Assembly: GCF_009914755.1 (NCBI RefSeq)
Contig: NC_060928.1
Strand: one strand, 5' to 3'
DNA: 64,000 nucleotides
Source: the human T2T-CHM13v2.0 reference genome, Homo sapiens
Numbering within the stretch: the stretch's first letter is position 1; each line of letters opens with the position of its first letter. Shown here one piece after another: positions 15,776-34,148 of the stretch. The position numbers were made by a program, and so were the translations under genes. Under the pieces are notes generated by a model. The model saw only the letters and a list, made by a program, of their open reading frames with translations. It searched no databases and was not told the DNA's origin.

Positions 15776-16149
15776 GATTAGCATAGCTATAATGTGTTTT
15801 CTTCTTATTTATGGCTAAAACAAATACCTGTTAACTGCATTCTTCACATTGGTAGTTATCTACTACTTGTATATTATTTAATTATATATTTACCAATAAA
15901 AATAATTATTAAAGCAGTGTGATCTCAGTGATAACATTTATAGCCGTAACATAGAATAGCATTTATTTTCCAAGCCCAGATACCATCAACACATTTGAAT
16001 ACAATAACCATACCACTTCAAAATAGTGGAGATAAATGCATAACCATTTTGAAAAAAAAGAAAGGAAGAAAAAAACTTGCACCGTTAAAATCAAATCCAT
16101 GAAGCACCTCCAGAATAGCAAAGACCAGAAAATTTTCTCTTCCATTATG

Positions 16150-19065
<2,916 letters not shown>

Positions 19066-19294
19066 CTATATGGAATACTTAAATCCAAAAAAATAAATAT
19101 GCCATAATAAAACTATATATATTCTTAGTTAATGAAATCTTTTGTGAGTATGAAAAAATTAGAAATCAAAAAAGAAAGAATAATTGACATATTTTTATGA
19201 AGAAGAAACACTCTTGCATTCTAAAACATTGCAATCAGTAACAGAGAGCTAATTAACCACAGATTATCAAGACAAAACTCAATACATTTAATCT

Positions 19295-19545
19295 TTATTT
19301 ATAAAGCAGTTATCTGTATGCCAGACACTACTATAAACACTTCACAAAAATGGACACATTTCATCTATATACTAAACCTAAAAAACAAGATCTATTAATA
19401 TTCTCTCACTTTATAGCTGGGGAGGCTAAGATGTCAAGGAAGCTACTAGTTCCATTTGGCCTCTAATTAGCGGAGCTAGGATTGGAAACCAGGTAGGCTT
19501 ACTCCAGAGTCTGTGTTTCATGCTCCCACACCACACTGCCTTCCT
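19295..19545 (-). mobile_element. MIR
   Basis: ctgtatgccagacact...cactttatagctggggaggctaag...ggagctaggattggaaaccagg...ctccagagtc. Confidence 0.75.
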
Positions 19546-19821
19546 TGTCAGTCATAAGTTGAACTCAGGGATAAAGACAGGAAAAGGGAACAAAGAGGAA
19601 ATTTGAGACAAAACGCTCAAAACAAAAGAGGTCAAATACACTACCAGGTTTGAAGAAAAAAGGCTGGAAGTGTTTTGAGAGTGCATGTGCCATAGAAGAA
19701 AGGCTGGGTAGATCCACTGAAGTTTGAGTCAAAAGACAACATTGTGAAACATGTCAACCCCTGTATTTCTTCCTTTTCTCAGCTGCAGAGAATGAGGATA
19801 TGAGGTGCTGGTACAGAAAAT

Positions 19822-20492
19822 TCTTTTTATTACCATTATTATTATTATCATTATTATACATTAAGTTCTGGGGTACATATGCAGAATGTACAGATTTGTT
19901 ACAAAGGTATACACGTGCCATGGTGGTTTGCTGCACCCATCAACTCGTCATCTACATTAGGTATTTCTCCTAATGCTATCCCTCCCCTAGCCCCCCACCC
20001 CTGAGAGACCCCAATGTGTGATGTTCCCTGCCCTGTGTCCATGTGTTCTATTGTTCAACTCCTACTTATGAGTGAGAACATGTAGTGTTTGGTTTTCTGT
20101 TCTTGTGTTAGTTTGCTGAGAATGATGGTTTCCAGCTTCATCCATGTCACTGCAAAGGACATGAACTCATCCTTTTCTATGGCTGCATAGTATTCCATGG
20201 TGTATATGTGCCACATTTTCTTTATCCAGTCTATCATTGATGGGCATTTGGGTTGGTTCCAAGCCTTTGCTATTGTGAATAGTGCTGCAATAAACATACG
20301 TGAGCAAGTGTCTTTATAGTAGAATGATTTATAATCCTTTGGGTATAACCCAGCAATGGGATTGCTGGGTCAGATGGTATTTCTCATTCAAGATCCTTGA
20401 GGAATCGCCACACTGTCTTCCACAATGGTTGAACTAATTTACACTCCCACCAACACTGTAAAAGCATTCCTATTTCTCCACATCCTCTCTAG
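19822..20492 (-). mobile_element. L1PA7-like 5'-truncated LINE-1 (sense to FSTL5)
   Basis: (TTA)n tail, L1 3'UTR, and ORF2 C-terminus [29 protein letters not shown] (ORF 20055-20297). Confidence 0.95.
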
Positions 20493-21059
20493 CTTTTTAA
20501 GTTGTAATTGGCAAATTTTAAATATACTTTACTATAAAGAGTCTTAAATATTTTTTCCCATATATTTGCTCTGAGGATTTACCTTCTAAGAGTTTTTTGT
20601 TCCTTGCCCTTTCCCAATTTTAATTTTGGGTTTAGAATTTTTCATGTTTATTTCTAAATTTTTAATGTGTTGCTCAGTTCTTAATTTTATATACAATATT
20701 TATCAATAAAAAGCAAGCATTTATCTTCACTTCATTTTTGTAAAATGTAAATACTTGTGTCAGCATCTTTTGGTAAAGAAACTGTTTTCCCTCTGAATTG
20801 TGATTTTTTTAAAAATATTTATATCTTTAAAATAGGATAGTATCCACTGACTTACCAATGCTCACATAATAGTACTCCAAAAAGCATATCTTATATATTT
20901 CTGGCTTTACCTATATTTATGCTAGGTGAATTTCTGTTAAAAATAGCTTCCCTCAAACTGATACCCACTACGGATTTATTGAAAACAAGAACACGATTAT
21001 GGAGCTATTGAATCTGACCTTGAAAATGATAAAAATCTTCTGACAGAGAAAAAAAGATC

Positions 21060-21178
21060 AGAGAAGAGAAAGAGAGAAAGAGATAAATGGGGGAAGAGGA
21101 GAAGGAGGAGGAGGAGTCAAGGAAGAAGGGATGAGGAGGGGGAGGGAGAAGGGGAGGAAAGGGAGGCAAGGGGAATCA
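21060..21178 (+). repeat. GA-rich polypurine low-complexity tract
   Basis: Near-pure G/A run. Confidence 0.85.
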
Positions 21179-22384
21179 TACTGTACACTCTGGCTGTCAT
21201 ACAGTTTAACTGAATATTTCCTTAATAACTCTCAATAAAATAGAAATCCTCAATATCATATTATATACGATCAATCATACCACATTTCTACAGCTCCCAG
21301 AGGAAATTGTCATGGTGCCACTCTCACTGATTTAATGAGGGAAAGCCTTATGAGCTACACAATAGGAGAGGATTTGGAGCTTGAACCTCCACAAAAAGTA
21401 ACTACTGATACAAACTCCATAACATAACTCCAGCCTTCACCCACAGGCTACCATTAAAAACAGGGCTCATACAGACAGAACACTGTTAAGGAACTGAAAT
21501 GCTAAATAAAAAGACAAAAGGCTGTACCTCACGTGAACAGTAAGCAGATATTTGACATGTTGTAGAGTATAATGGGGGGAAAGCCAAACTTTTGTAGAAA
21601 TTAATTGAGAAAGATTAGAGTTAAGAGTATTTTTAGAAAGATTTTGAGCAAAAAAAATAATTACCGATGGCCAGAAAAATAACAGCAAGATATCTAGTCT
21701 CCATAACATAGACATAAACGCAGGGCAAGAACGTGTAAAACTCATTACAACCAGAAAATATCATGGAGACCAGATCACAACAGAGAATTCTTTCAACGGA
21801 CAAGAATAATTAAAAACAATAGTGAAAATTCTGAATATATGTGAATGGCATTTGTGATTGTTTATATTCAAATATGCAAAATGGTATATTCATATTTTAA
21901 TGTATATTTTCAGATAATTCTTTTAAAATTTCTTTAAAACCTGAAATAAACCACTTTTCCATACGTTCTATGTAGCTACCTAGAGAATATAGTCTTTCCC
22001 TTTCTAGTATAATCAAGATTCCTTCACCCAATGATGTAAAAATTATCCAAGACTGCAACTTTTAAAGTGTTTTATTGAAATCTGTGTTATTCCATAACAC
22101 CAAATCTCTTTTAGTTACAATGCCCTTCTTTCTAAATTACCATATCTAAATTACCATTACCATTTCTAAGGTATATTTGTTGATTCATGTTTTTCTCTTT
22201 CCTCTAAATGAAATTAAAATATTCCAGCCAAAATTTTCTTTAATAAACAATTTTATAAACTCCTTTTCAGGCAGCTTTTTGAATGAGCTAGACTTTAACT
22301 AATCCTCTCATCAGTTTGAATAAAGCATAGACCTTTTCAATATATTTAAAATAAAACAGCATATTTCAGTATATTTAAAATAAA

Positions 22385-22610
22385 TAATAAATATTTATTG
22401 AGCATGTAAATATGTCGAGTGCTATGCCGAACAATTTAAATGAAAGATGAAATTTTATCATTTAAACAACTTCGTAAAAAAGGCCCCATCATTAATCCCA
22501 TTTTGCAGATAAGAAAACTAAAATATACTGATGTTGAGTAACTTGGTTGAGGTCACCAAACAAGGTGAGGGGTCTCAGATTAGCATCCAAATAGACTGCG
22601 GAATTTAGCT
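22385..22610 (-). mobile_element. MIR
   Basis: atatttattgagca...cccattttgcagataagaaaact...agtaacttggttgaggtcac. Confidence 0.8.
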
Positions 22611-24216
22611 GTTCTTGTTTATATAATTCCTAACACATTCTCTTTTTTTCAGGATTCTCCATTAATCTTAGCCAAGCCTCAAAATTACGTTTTGAGTTTT
22701 GTTATATGTATAAAGACATATCAAGCCTACTCTTTACCTCCATCCTGATACAGCATTTCTGATCTTTTATTTCCTCAGCAGTTTTCTAATCTTAAATAGA
22801 TCAAAACAAATGTATGATGTTGAGGCTCAGCCATGGTTGAGAGTTATGACCTTAGAACAGACACTCTGAATTCAGGGACAAAATCTTGCACTTGTTCTGA
22901 ACCCGTTACACCTTTATAATCTTACTGCCAATGGACACTCCATAAATATTTCATCAGAGATTAAATCTTTATGAGCCTCTACACCATTACAGAGTTGCCT
23001 TAAGGCATTGATGTCTGGAAAGAGTTGATAGGAGAAAAAACACAAAATCGTTTATTTTGTTGAGTTGATTGCTTATATATTTTTCAAGGTAGTGCAAATG
23101 GGAACTTTGGAAGAAAGAACATCTGTAGCACATATGTAAAATTGCGAAAATTTTTCTGGCAACTACCTATTGATTATAATCAATTATGTAAGAGTAACAA
23201 AACATTTAATAACCTATAGATGATGAGCACTGATTAATCAGAATGTACAAGGCAGTAAAAACCAGGTACTGATTATATCAGTACATAACAGCTGAATTTC
23301 TGGCCTATATTTAACCACAGGTTTTTAACCATATTGTTTAGATTGCTTCAATATAAAAGATATTTCATCTGTTATAAAATGGTAAATTTTAAATGTTAGC
23401 CCACTTTCTTTTTCATATTATGTCCCTCCTTATAGTTCTAAATTGTATGGTACCAATATTATTTGCACTTTAAATACAGTTTTCTGTATAAAATATGTTT
23501 TGATATACACTGACATTAAAGTAACTTATTTTCAAATTCTGAGTTTTCTAGTGTATGCATTTAATTTGCAATAGTGTAAAAGCTATTTTCCTAGCTTTTT
23601 ATGTATACAAAATATATTTTCATAAAATAACAATAAAATAAATCTAAGCAAACTTCTACATATTGAGATTGACTAAAGCAATATTATCTCACAGTAGACA
23701 AGATTTTCTAGAAACTATGGATTTTTCTCAGTAGCCTACTTACTGACATACTTAATATAGAATCAGTAAATAACACTGTGAAAATAATAAATTAAATAAT
23801 ATGTTTAATTTGGTAAATACATCATTTAAAAAACTGCTTTCCCTAAAGTAAATCATTTTATGAATCAATTTAAAATTGATTTAAATATGCAATAGAAAAG
23901 AAATGTCAACTAACACGAATTGAAACTATTGCTTAAAATTATTAAGCAAACAAAAATAAAACAGCTGCATTCTCTGGTATGAAAGCAAAACCAAAATGAT
24001 GAGAACTTTGTGAACAAATATTATTAGATAATAAATGTAAAATAATTTAATTATATTTTATTAAACTTAAGAAAATAACCCTGCAAAAAGGTTCTAATAT
24101 CTTCAAATTAATTGATATGTTCTCTTCTTGACCACACTTCTCAGAATTCCTTATTGTTAGCATAATAATTTAGGAATAACTACATCTCAGAATAATCACG
24201 GAAAAGGGGAACATTA

Positions 24217-25231
<1,015 letters not shown>

Positions 25232-25439
25232 AGAATAAAAAGGAGACAAGCAGAAGAAGCCTATGGCAGTTGTCCTGAGTAGATACTTGTACAATATGTA
25301 GACCCAATGCAATAGGTTATGGAGTGTTTATAGGTTATGAAAAGCTACACAAAAGGGGTAAGAGGTGTCCCTCAAATTCTAGTGTGGAGAAGGTAAAGGA
25401 AAGTAGATTAGGCAAAATGAGAATAGTGGTATTTGTAAC

Positions 25440-27100
<1,661 letters not shown>

Positions 27101-27119
27101 AATTAAACACTGCTTTTAT

Positions 27120-27189
27120 AAAACCACTATTCCAAGTGTTTTAAATACATGCAGAAAACCACTATTCCAAGTGTTTTAAATATATGCAG
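27120..27189 (+). repeat. 35-bp tandem duplication (1 mismatch)
   Basis: aaaaccactattccaagtgttttaaata(c/t)atgcag at 27120 and 27155. Confidence 0.95.
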
Positions 27190-27512
27190 AGTCAGATTTG
27201 CCATGAAGCTAATAATGTCCAGGTTTAAGAGCTCCTCAGTTGGACAAGCCCTTTCCAAAGATCTGATAGCAGCTTTGCAATGTGTGTATATGGCCATATA
27301 TTTCTGTAAAATTTGCAAATATATTAAGATTTGCTATAATTTCTTTTCTCTTTGGAAATAAATATCCATTTACATAGCTAACTGTTATTTATAATTTGTA
27401 TTCTTTCTCCAAAATATAGGTGTCATTGTGCACATGTACTCCAGAACTTAAATAATATAAAAATAAAATAAAAATAAAATTCAAGACGACCCATATAACC
27501 TTGAATCATTCC
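27187..27512 (+). mobile_element. hAT-Tip100 (Arthur1-like) DNA transposon remnant
   Basis: cagagtcagatttgccatgaagctaat...ccctttccaa...atatggccatatttctgtaaaatttgcaaa resembles the recalled Arthur1 terminus. Confidence 0.55.
27424..27480 (+). mobile_element. Tiny L1PA 3'-terminal stub with A-rich tail
   Basis: cattgtgcacatgtactccagaacttaaa followed by (taaaa)n. Confidence 0.8.
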
Positions 27513-27539
27513 TATCTATATTATTTATGTATTGACAAT

Positions 27540-27670
27540 GCCATATTTTACACATAAAGAAACAAATTTCAGAAAGTTTAAGTAACTTCCCTATGAAGGT
27601 TACTAATTTCACAGTACAAAATTCAAAACTAGGTCATCTAGCTCTACATTTCATGCTCTGAAATTCCATA
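27540..27670 (-). mobile_element. MIR fragment
   Basis: attttacacataaagaaac...cagaaagtttaagtaacttccc. Confidence 0.6.
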
Positions 27671-27722
27671 TTTACATAGCTACAGACATCAACATGAATG
27701 AATCCCCAAGCACAATGTCAAT

Positions 27723-27724
<2 letters not shown>

Positions 27725-27773
<49 letters not shown>
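27725..27773. repeat. (CA)n microsatellite (~24 units)
   Basis: Direct reading. Confidence 0.98.
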
Positions 27774-27779
<6 letters not shown>

Positions 27780-28379
27780 ATGCCTCCATTTATGTAGCAT
27801 CCAAAAACAGCCAAAAATAAGCTATATGTCTTAGGGATGTATACATTTATGGTAAAAATACGAAGAGCAGCAAAAAAAGGGTTAACATATAATTCACAGT
27901 AGGAGTCATGCACAGGAGAAGAAGGAGAGTGTAATGAAGAGAAGCCTACAGGAGGCTTCAGATTCATTGGTAAGGGCATATTTTCTAAATGGTTGCAAAG
28001 TATAGATATATCTCTTTTTTTTAATTGTAAGTGACCTACATAAACCGTTGGGTTTGTATAATACTGAAATGCAATAAAAACTGAGTTAGTAAAAAAATCA
28101 AAGTAAGCTTTACATAAGTATCTCAAAGTAAGTAGCTTCCCCTATGTATATGCAGAATATCCCAGTTTCTTGTTTCCTAAATCGACTTGGATTGTACTTC
28201 TTAAAAATTAAGGCAAAAAAATCTCATTTAGATTTTAAACTATATTAGTCAAGTTTTGAAAGCGAATACAATTTTATTTTGGTTTCATCAAAAATATTCA
28301 TAATCGAATGGCCCAAAAAACCTAAAATCCTGGTAACTCTTGTATCATTAGTAAATGAATACACATTCCAGACTTCTGG

Positions 28380-29820
28380 CCTTATCTTGGGATATAAATG
28401 GAAAGAGTTTCTATCCAAACAATGAGATGAAGCTAAATAATCTACACAATAATTTCTTTCTGGAATCAATCAGAGTGCTAACTTTGCAGATCAACTGACT
28501 ATCCTCAAATCCCAGGAACCCTGGTGCCTCTAGAAAGAGACAAGACACCGGCAATTATTCACCTACACTAGGGCATTGGAAGAAAACAAGGAACCATACA
28601 AGTAAGTACAAAAAAAATCATCTAATTTTTAAAAAATAGCTTAAAAGCTGAACTTGCACAAGTTGTGAGAGTATAAAACCCTGGGAGCACAGACATAGAG
28701 AAGAGTCACTTTTGCAGCATCTTCTTAATGGACTTCACAATTTGCTCTTCAGAAAGACTGGGGGCAGGAGAGGCATTCCTCATGATACAGGCCTGGTGTT
28801 GAGTAACAGCTCATGCTGAGGTGAGAAACCAAACAAAACAAAACAAAAAAACAATTCTTACCTGCATCCTTTCCCCTAGTGACACAAAGTCTTAAATAGC
28901 TGGAAAAAAAAAAAAAAAAAAAAAGGCAGCCAATCCTGTCCCTTTCAAAACACAGGTGAAAACCCACTGAGTTTTTAAAAAAGAGAAAGACCCTCCTTGT
29001 TCCAGAAAATTTAAAAAACCCTTACCGATGTGAACAAGGTAGGAACACTGAGAAAATTCTGCTCAACAGGCTTAGAGCCATATAACTACCTAAGGTTGAT
29101 ACTGAATGAAAAAATGTATAATACCCCCTTGTCTGGCACCACCCATGCTTGCAAAGAACCAGCAAACAAGCAAGCAACAGCAAACTACCCTTGGTAGAGG
29201 GACAAGAGCATAAGAAACAACTTCTCTTGGGTGCAGGCTCACAGGGAACACTTAAAACTGAGGATGGACCAGGCACAATCAAGAATTTTATCAATTAATA
29301 CAGCTCCCACCACAAGCACAAAGTAACACTAAAGGAATAAGTACATTGTAATCATAGTGGCTAACAAAACCAAAACAAGCTTAACTTTTCAATGAAGATC
29401 TCCCAGAAAAAGAGGCATGCCTACTTCCAGGCATAAACACTTTAAACTTGGTCTCCACTACCTTGCACAGAATATGTACATTTCAACTAAAAATTATGAG
29501 ACACATAAAATAGAAAGAAAAAATAATAGGCTGTTAAGAGACAAAACAATCAATGGAACTAATCTCAAATACAGTCCTATTATTGAAAAAATTAGAAAGT
29601 AGATTTAAAATAACTATGATTAATATGTTAATATTTCTAGTGGAAAGACCTGAAGAAATCCATGAATGGTTGGGTAATGTTAGCAGAGAAATGGAAAAAG
29701 CAAAAAAGTGTTGAAGGACATGCTATAAATAAATAAGACACACACAGAAAAAAAAAGAAAACAAAAAGCGTGTGCGCACGCATGCACACACAGAGAGAGA
29801 GTGAGAGAGTGAGAGAGAGG

Positions 29821-29867
<47 letters not shown>

Positions 29868-30745
29868 AATGCATTAATGCCCTTGGAAGACTTATCAGTA
29901 GTCCTGACACATTGAAGAAAAGACTCAGTGAATCTGAATATAGGTGAATGGACATTATTGAAACTGAAACACAAAGGGCAAATTAGTAGGAAAAAAATAG
30001 AACAGGGTATCCAAAAGAAATCAGTCAATATCAGTCTAAAATACGTACCATGGGAATCACCAAAAGAGGGAAAATAGAGATTGGAATATTTGAGATTAGA
30101 GATTAGAAATTCTTAAATTCTTAAAGAATAATTAATATTTTAAAAAGCCAGAAATGTATTTATACTACAGGGGACCAAAGATAAAGAGAAATGTTTGATT
30201 TCCAGAAAAAAGACACACATTACATACAGAAGGGCAAATGTAAAAATTACAACAGGCTTCTTATCAGAAGTTTTGAAAGTCATAAGACAATAAAGACTGA
30301 CATTTTCAAACTGCTAGGGTATGGATGAAGCAGGGGGTGGGGAGAATTAAGGAGCTGTCAGCCCAGAATGTCATATACAGCAAAAGTACCTTTGTAGTAT
30401 CAGAGAAAATCAAATTTTGTTCAGCCAAAAACTGAGAATTCATTAACAGCAAATCTGCATTGTAAGAAATCCTACAGGAAACTCTTCAGGAAGAAGGAAT
30501 GTAATACCAGAAAGAAAGCTGGATGTGTACAAATAAATAACAACTTCACTTTTTGGTATATTTATAATTTACTACATTAAACAAAAAAGGGTAGTTGTGT
30601 ACCTATATCAATGTGAAAGTAAAATGCATAACAACAACAGGAAAAAAGATGAGAGGAAGTATTTGAGGGTACAGAGCTCTAAGGAGCTGACATGTCACTT
30701 CATGTGGAACAGTATATGACAATAAATAGTAATTATACACACACA
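28380..30745 (+). mobile_element. Old L1M 5' region/ORF1 relic, containing (GA)n at ~29793-29862
   Basis: taactatgattaatatgtta, gaaagactcagtgaatctgaatatagg, cttcttatcagaa...aagacaat, cccagaatgtcatatacagcaaaa, cttcaggaagaagg. Confidence 0.7.
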
Positions 30746-30749
30746 CATT

Positions 30750-30916
30750 GGCGTACCTTGCAGTTATTGTAGGTGCAGTTTCAGACCATTGCAATCAAGT
30801 GAATATGGCAATAGAGAGACCCACACAATTTGTTTTTTGGTTTCCCAGTGCATATAAAAAGTTACGTTTGCACTATATTATAGTTTAGTAAGTGTGCAAT
30901 AGCATTACGTTTAAAA
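30750..30916 (-). mobile_element. Tigger1 terminal fragment
   Basis: ggtttcccagtgcatataaaaagttacgttt...taagtgtgcaatagcatta is the reverse complement of the Tigger1 right end seen at 54960-55124. Confidence 0.88.
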
Positions 30917-31206
30917 ATAAGGATGGAGTCCCAATCGGATAGGATTAGTAGTGGCTTTATAACAAGAGGAAGAGTTCTCTCTTTCTCTATTTTTCTCTAC
31001 TTGCAAGCAGCAAGGAAAGGCCACGTGCAAACACAAAGAAAAGGTGGCTTTCTGCCATCCAGGAAAACAACCCTCCCCAAAATCTTGATATGATGGCACC
31101 CTAATCTGAGATTTCCGGCCTACAGAACTGAGAGAAAATAAAGTTCTGTTATTAAAGCCACCAAGTCTGTGTGATTTTGTTATGCAGCTCAAGCTAAGAT
31201 AATACA
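30917..31206 (+). mobile_element. MLT1A-like MaLR LTR (3' part)
   Basis: ggccacgtgcaaacaca...ggcaccctaatctgagatttccggcctacagaactgagagaaaataaa...aagccaccaagtctgtg...taataca. Confidence 0.85.
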
Positions 31207-31899
31207 TTTGTTTCTTAAAAATATTTTTCAGTGTAGGGAAGAATGAGAGAATTGCACTTAAATTGTGTAATATACATGACATGGATGAGAGCAGAGAATC
31301 CAGAATCATGTTCGAGAGACAGAACGTCTCCGAGACAATAACCAAAGTAAAGGTGTCAACGTACCTGAAAAATATTGCTTATAATTTAGAAGAAGCAATG
31401 ATATGCCCCAAAGATTAAGAAAAATCAGGATGTGGGGCAACAACGTCAGTTCCCCAGTACAATGCATTTTTTACCTGGCTAAGGGAAATTGGATCACTCG
31501 GTCATTTATAGACTTTGTAAAAACTAATCAATCAATTAATTAATTGTACAGGAATAGATCAATAACAAATAAATGCAATTTTAAAAATAATAAGATTCTG
31601 ATGTCATTATACCTTCAAATCATAAAACTAACCAACTCTTGATATTTGTGCTCCAATAATGTAATTTCTCATTATTTTTTCTATAGTATTTGCTTCTTAC
31701 TTTCAATGTTCATTTTGATAATCATCTTTTCAACATGTTACTGGGTTGATTTTAATATTCAGTTCTCTTAATAGATATTTTAAGGGTCATGGAATTGATT
31801 ATAAATACATTATTATGCAAAAACCTACTCTTAGCACTGTTATCATGGATTATCAGTTTTGAATCAGAAGAACTCTGGGGTCCTGAATAAAGCAAGCAC

Positions 31900-32560
31900 A
31901 TCATTTAGGAACCAATCAATCAGAAGATAAAAACCACACAGTAACTTGAACATAAAAATTTTAAATAAAAATAAATGATTAACTAAAACAGAGAGTTGGA
32001 ATAATGGAAAGTTATATACTAAAGAGTGAAGGGTACTCTAAAAAATATAAAAATAACAGATATACAGCAAACCACCATCCCTTGGAATGACATAGTACTC
32101 CCAAGGAACAGGCTCTTCTCTAGCACTATTGAGATCCAAACTTCTTTGATGAGAGTGGGCATATTTATGACTCACTGGGTAGTAGAGAAAGTCACTGGGG
32201 TTACAAAACCACCCAAAGTGGTACAGGAGGACATTTTTAATGGGAGATGCCCTGTTGGAAACCCTTCAATGAGAAGCCACTCATCGTGTTATTGGGAAAA
32301 TCTGCCCATGGGGACTGCTGTAAACTGCTTTTTATCAAGCACTGTTGGAGCCTAGGGACTGCCTAGGTTTCATGTTCTGCTAGAGCCTGAGCATTGAGGA
32401 AGTTGCACACAGTGTGGGAGCCTGCCTAAAAGAACACAGCAGAACCAGAAAGAGAAACTCCTTTCTCACCCACGGTTAAATAGGTGAAATATTTACAGAA
32501 TCTATGCTTACATATTATTGTATAGGAGTTATTTCAAGGTGATTTAGAGGATAGAGGCAA
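31900..32560 (-). mobile_element. Probable ERVL-class LTR remnant
   Basis: aatcagaagataaaaccacacagtaacttgaaca resembles the reverse strand of LTR33/LTR41-type ends; GC-richer interior. Confidence 0.4.
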
Positions 32561-33351
32561 TGCATTATAACGAGTACCTAAATTTTCAATATATGGCAGG
32601 GAAAATGCCAAGCTAAGAAAACAAATGGTCAACTATGTGGTTTACTGCAGGCCACATGTTTTGCTCTGTACTCATTTTATATCCTACTCACCCACCAATA
32701 AGAAGGGGACAGAAAAGGGATTAGCATACAGAAAATAAATTCAGAAGTATGCCAGAGCTGGTTACAGGAGTGTTTTCAATTTGTGAAAATTCATTTATTC
32801 ACATGACTGTATTGTTTTTATACTTAAATAAAAACTTGTGAAGTAAAACATGCCATAGCACATAGCCTTCCACAGTATCCATGAACTGAGCCACATTGAT
32901 ACATTTATTTATTTATACTGTAATTGCAATGATTTAATTACATATAATTTTATTTCTAGGCCCTAAAGATATGTATATCTTAAATACATGTTTGTTAAAA
33001 AAAATTGAAGAGTATATCTATTGTGGAAGTTAACACTCGCAAGCTTTCAAAATACTTTTTTTTCCCAAAAACATCTTAGAGTTTCTCAGTTTTCCTGTAA
33101 ATGAACACAACTGCCATAATAACTGCTATGAGGAAACTGCCTCCAAGATTATTAATTATTTTATGGTAAAAAAACGAATAACCTCTATTTCACTACTAAA
33201 TTCTTGTCCTTGCATGAAAGTTACTCGTTGGAGATCCAACTCTTCCCCAAATGACTGAAAATTGAAATGTCTTCACCCTTCAGTGGAGAACCATTTCCTG
33301 TCTTGGAAGATAAGTCTTTTCAACAGCGTTGTGAACAAATGAATTACCTTT

Positions 33352-34148
33352 TGTGGTAGACTGATTTCATTGATGGTCTTAATTGCTTTTCTAAACCATG
33401 TCAGTTGTTCTGTAACTTCTGGTCTTCTATTTTTTTGACTATGTGCTGCGCTGTGTTAATTTATCTGGCTAAAGTGGTATTAGCAAATGTAATGCAAGCA
33501 GAGACATGGAAAAAGAAAAGTGTGCATTTCTCCTTGTTCTATTATTGCGTGACATGGCCTGCTCTCTCTTGGATGATTGCCATCAACATGAAAATCAATT
33601 CAGACTAGCTTACTGGAAGATGAGACACCACGTGGAGTACAGCGAAGGTATCTCAGCTGAGGCCATCCAAGACTAGCTGGCTCATAGGTTACCCATCAGT
33701 TTAGGAATGAGTAAATGAGTAAACCCGGCCAAGATCAGTGAAGTTCAATCGAGATCGGCAGAACCTCCAAGCTGACCCCCAAATTTTCCAGAGATAATGA
33801 TTATCTGTGATTTTTTTTTTTTTTTTTTTTTTTTGACGGAGTCTCACGCTGACGCCAGGCTGGAGTGCAGTGGCGCGATCCCGGCTCACTGCAACCTCCG
33901 ACTGACTACCGGCTTCAGGTGATTCCCCTGCTTCAGCCTCCTGAGTAGCTGGGACTACAGGCGTAATTTTTTTTGTATTTTAATAGAGACGGGGTTTCAC
34001 CATGTTGGCCAGGATGGTCTCAGTCTCCTGACCTCGTGATCCGCCCGCCTCAGCCTCCCAAAGTGCTGGGATTACAGGCATGAGCCACCGCGCCCGGCCC
34101 GATTATCTGTGAAGTAATGTGTCATGTATGTAGCAAAAACTAGTGTAC
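33352..34148 (+). mobile_element. MLT1G/H-like LTR interrupted by an Alu
   Basis: tgtggtagactg start; ttagcaaatgtaatgcaagcagag; ctcagctgaggccatcc; ends near gtagcaaaaactagtgtaca. Confidence 0.75.
33811..34099 (-). mobile_element. AluSc-like with small internal deletion
   Basis: Perfect TSD gattatctgtga (33799-33810 / 34101-34112). Confidence 0.95.
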
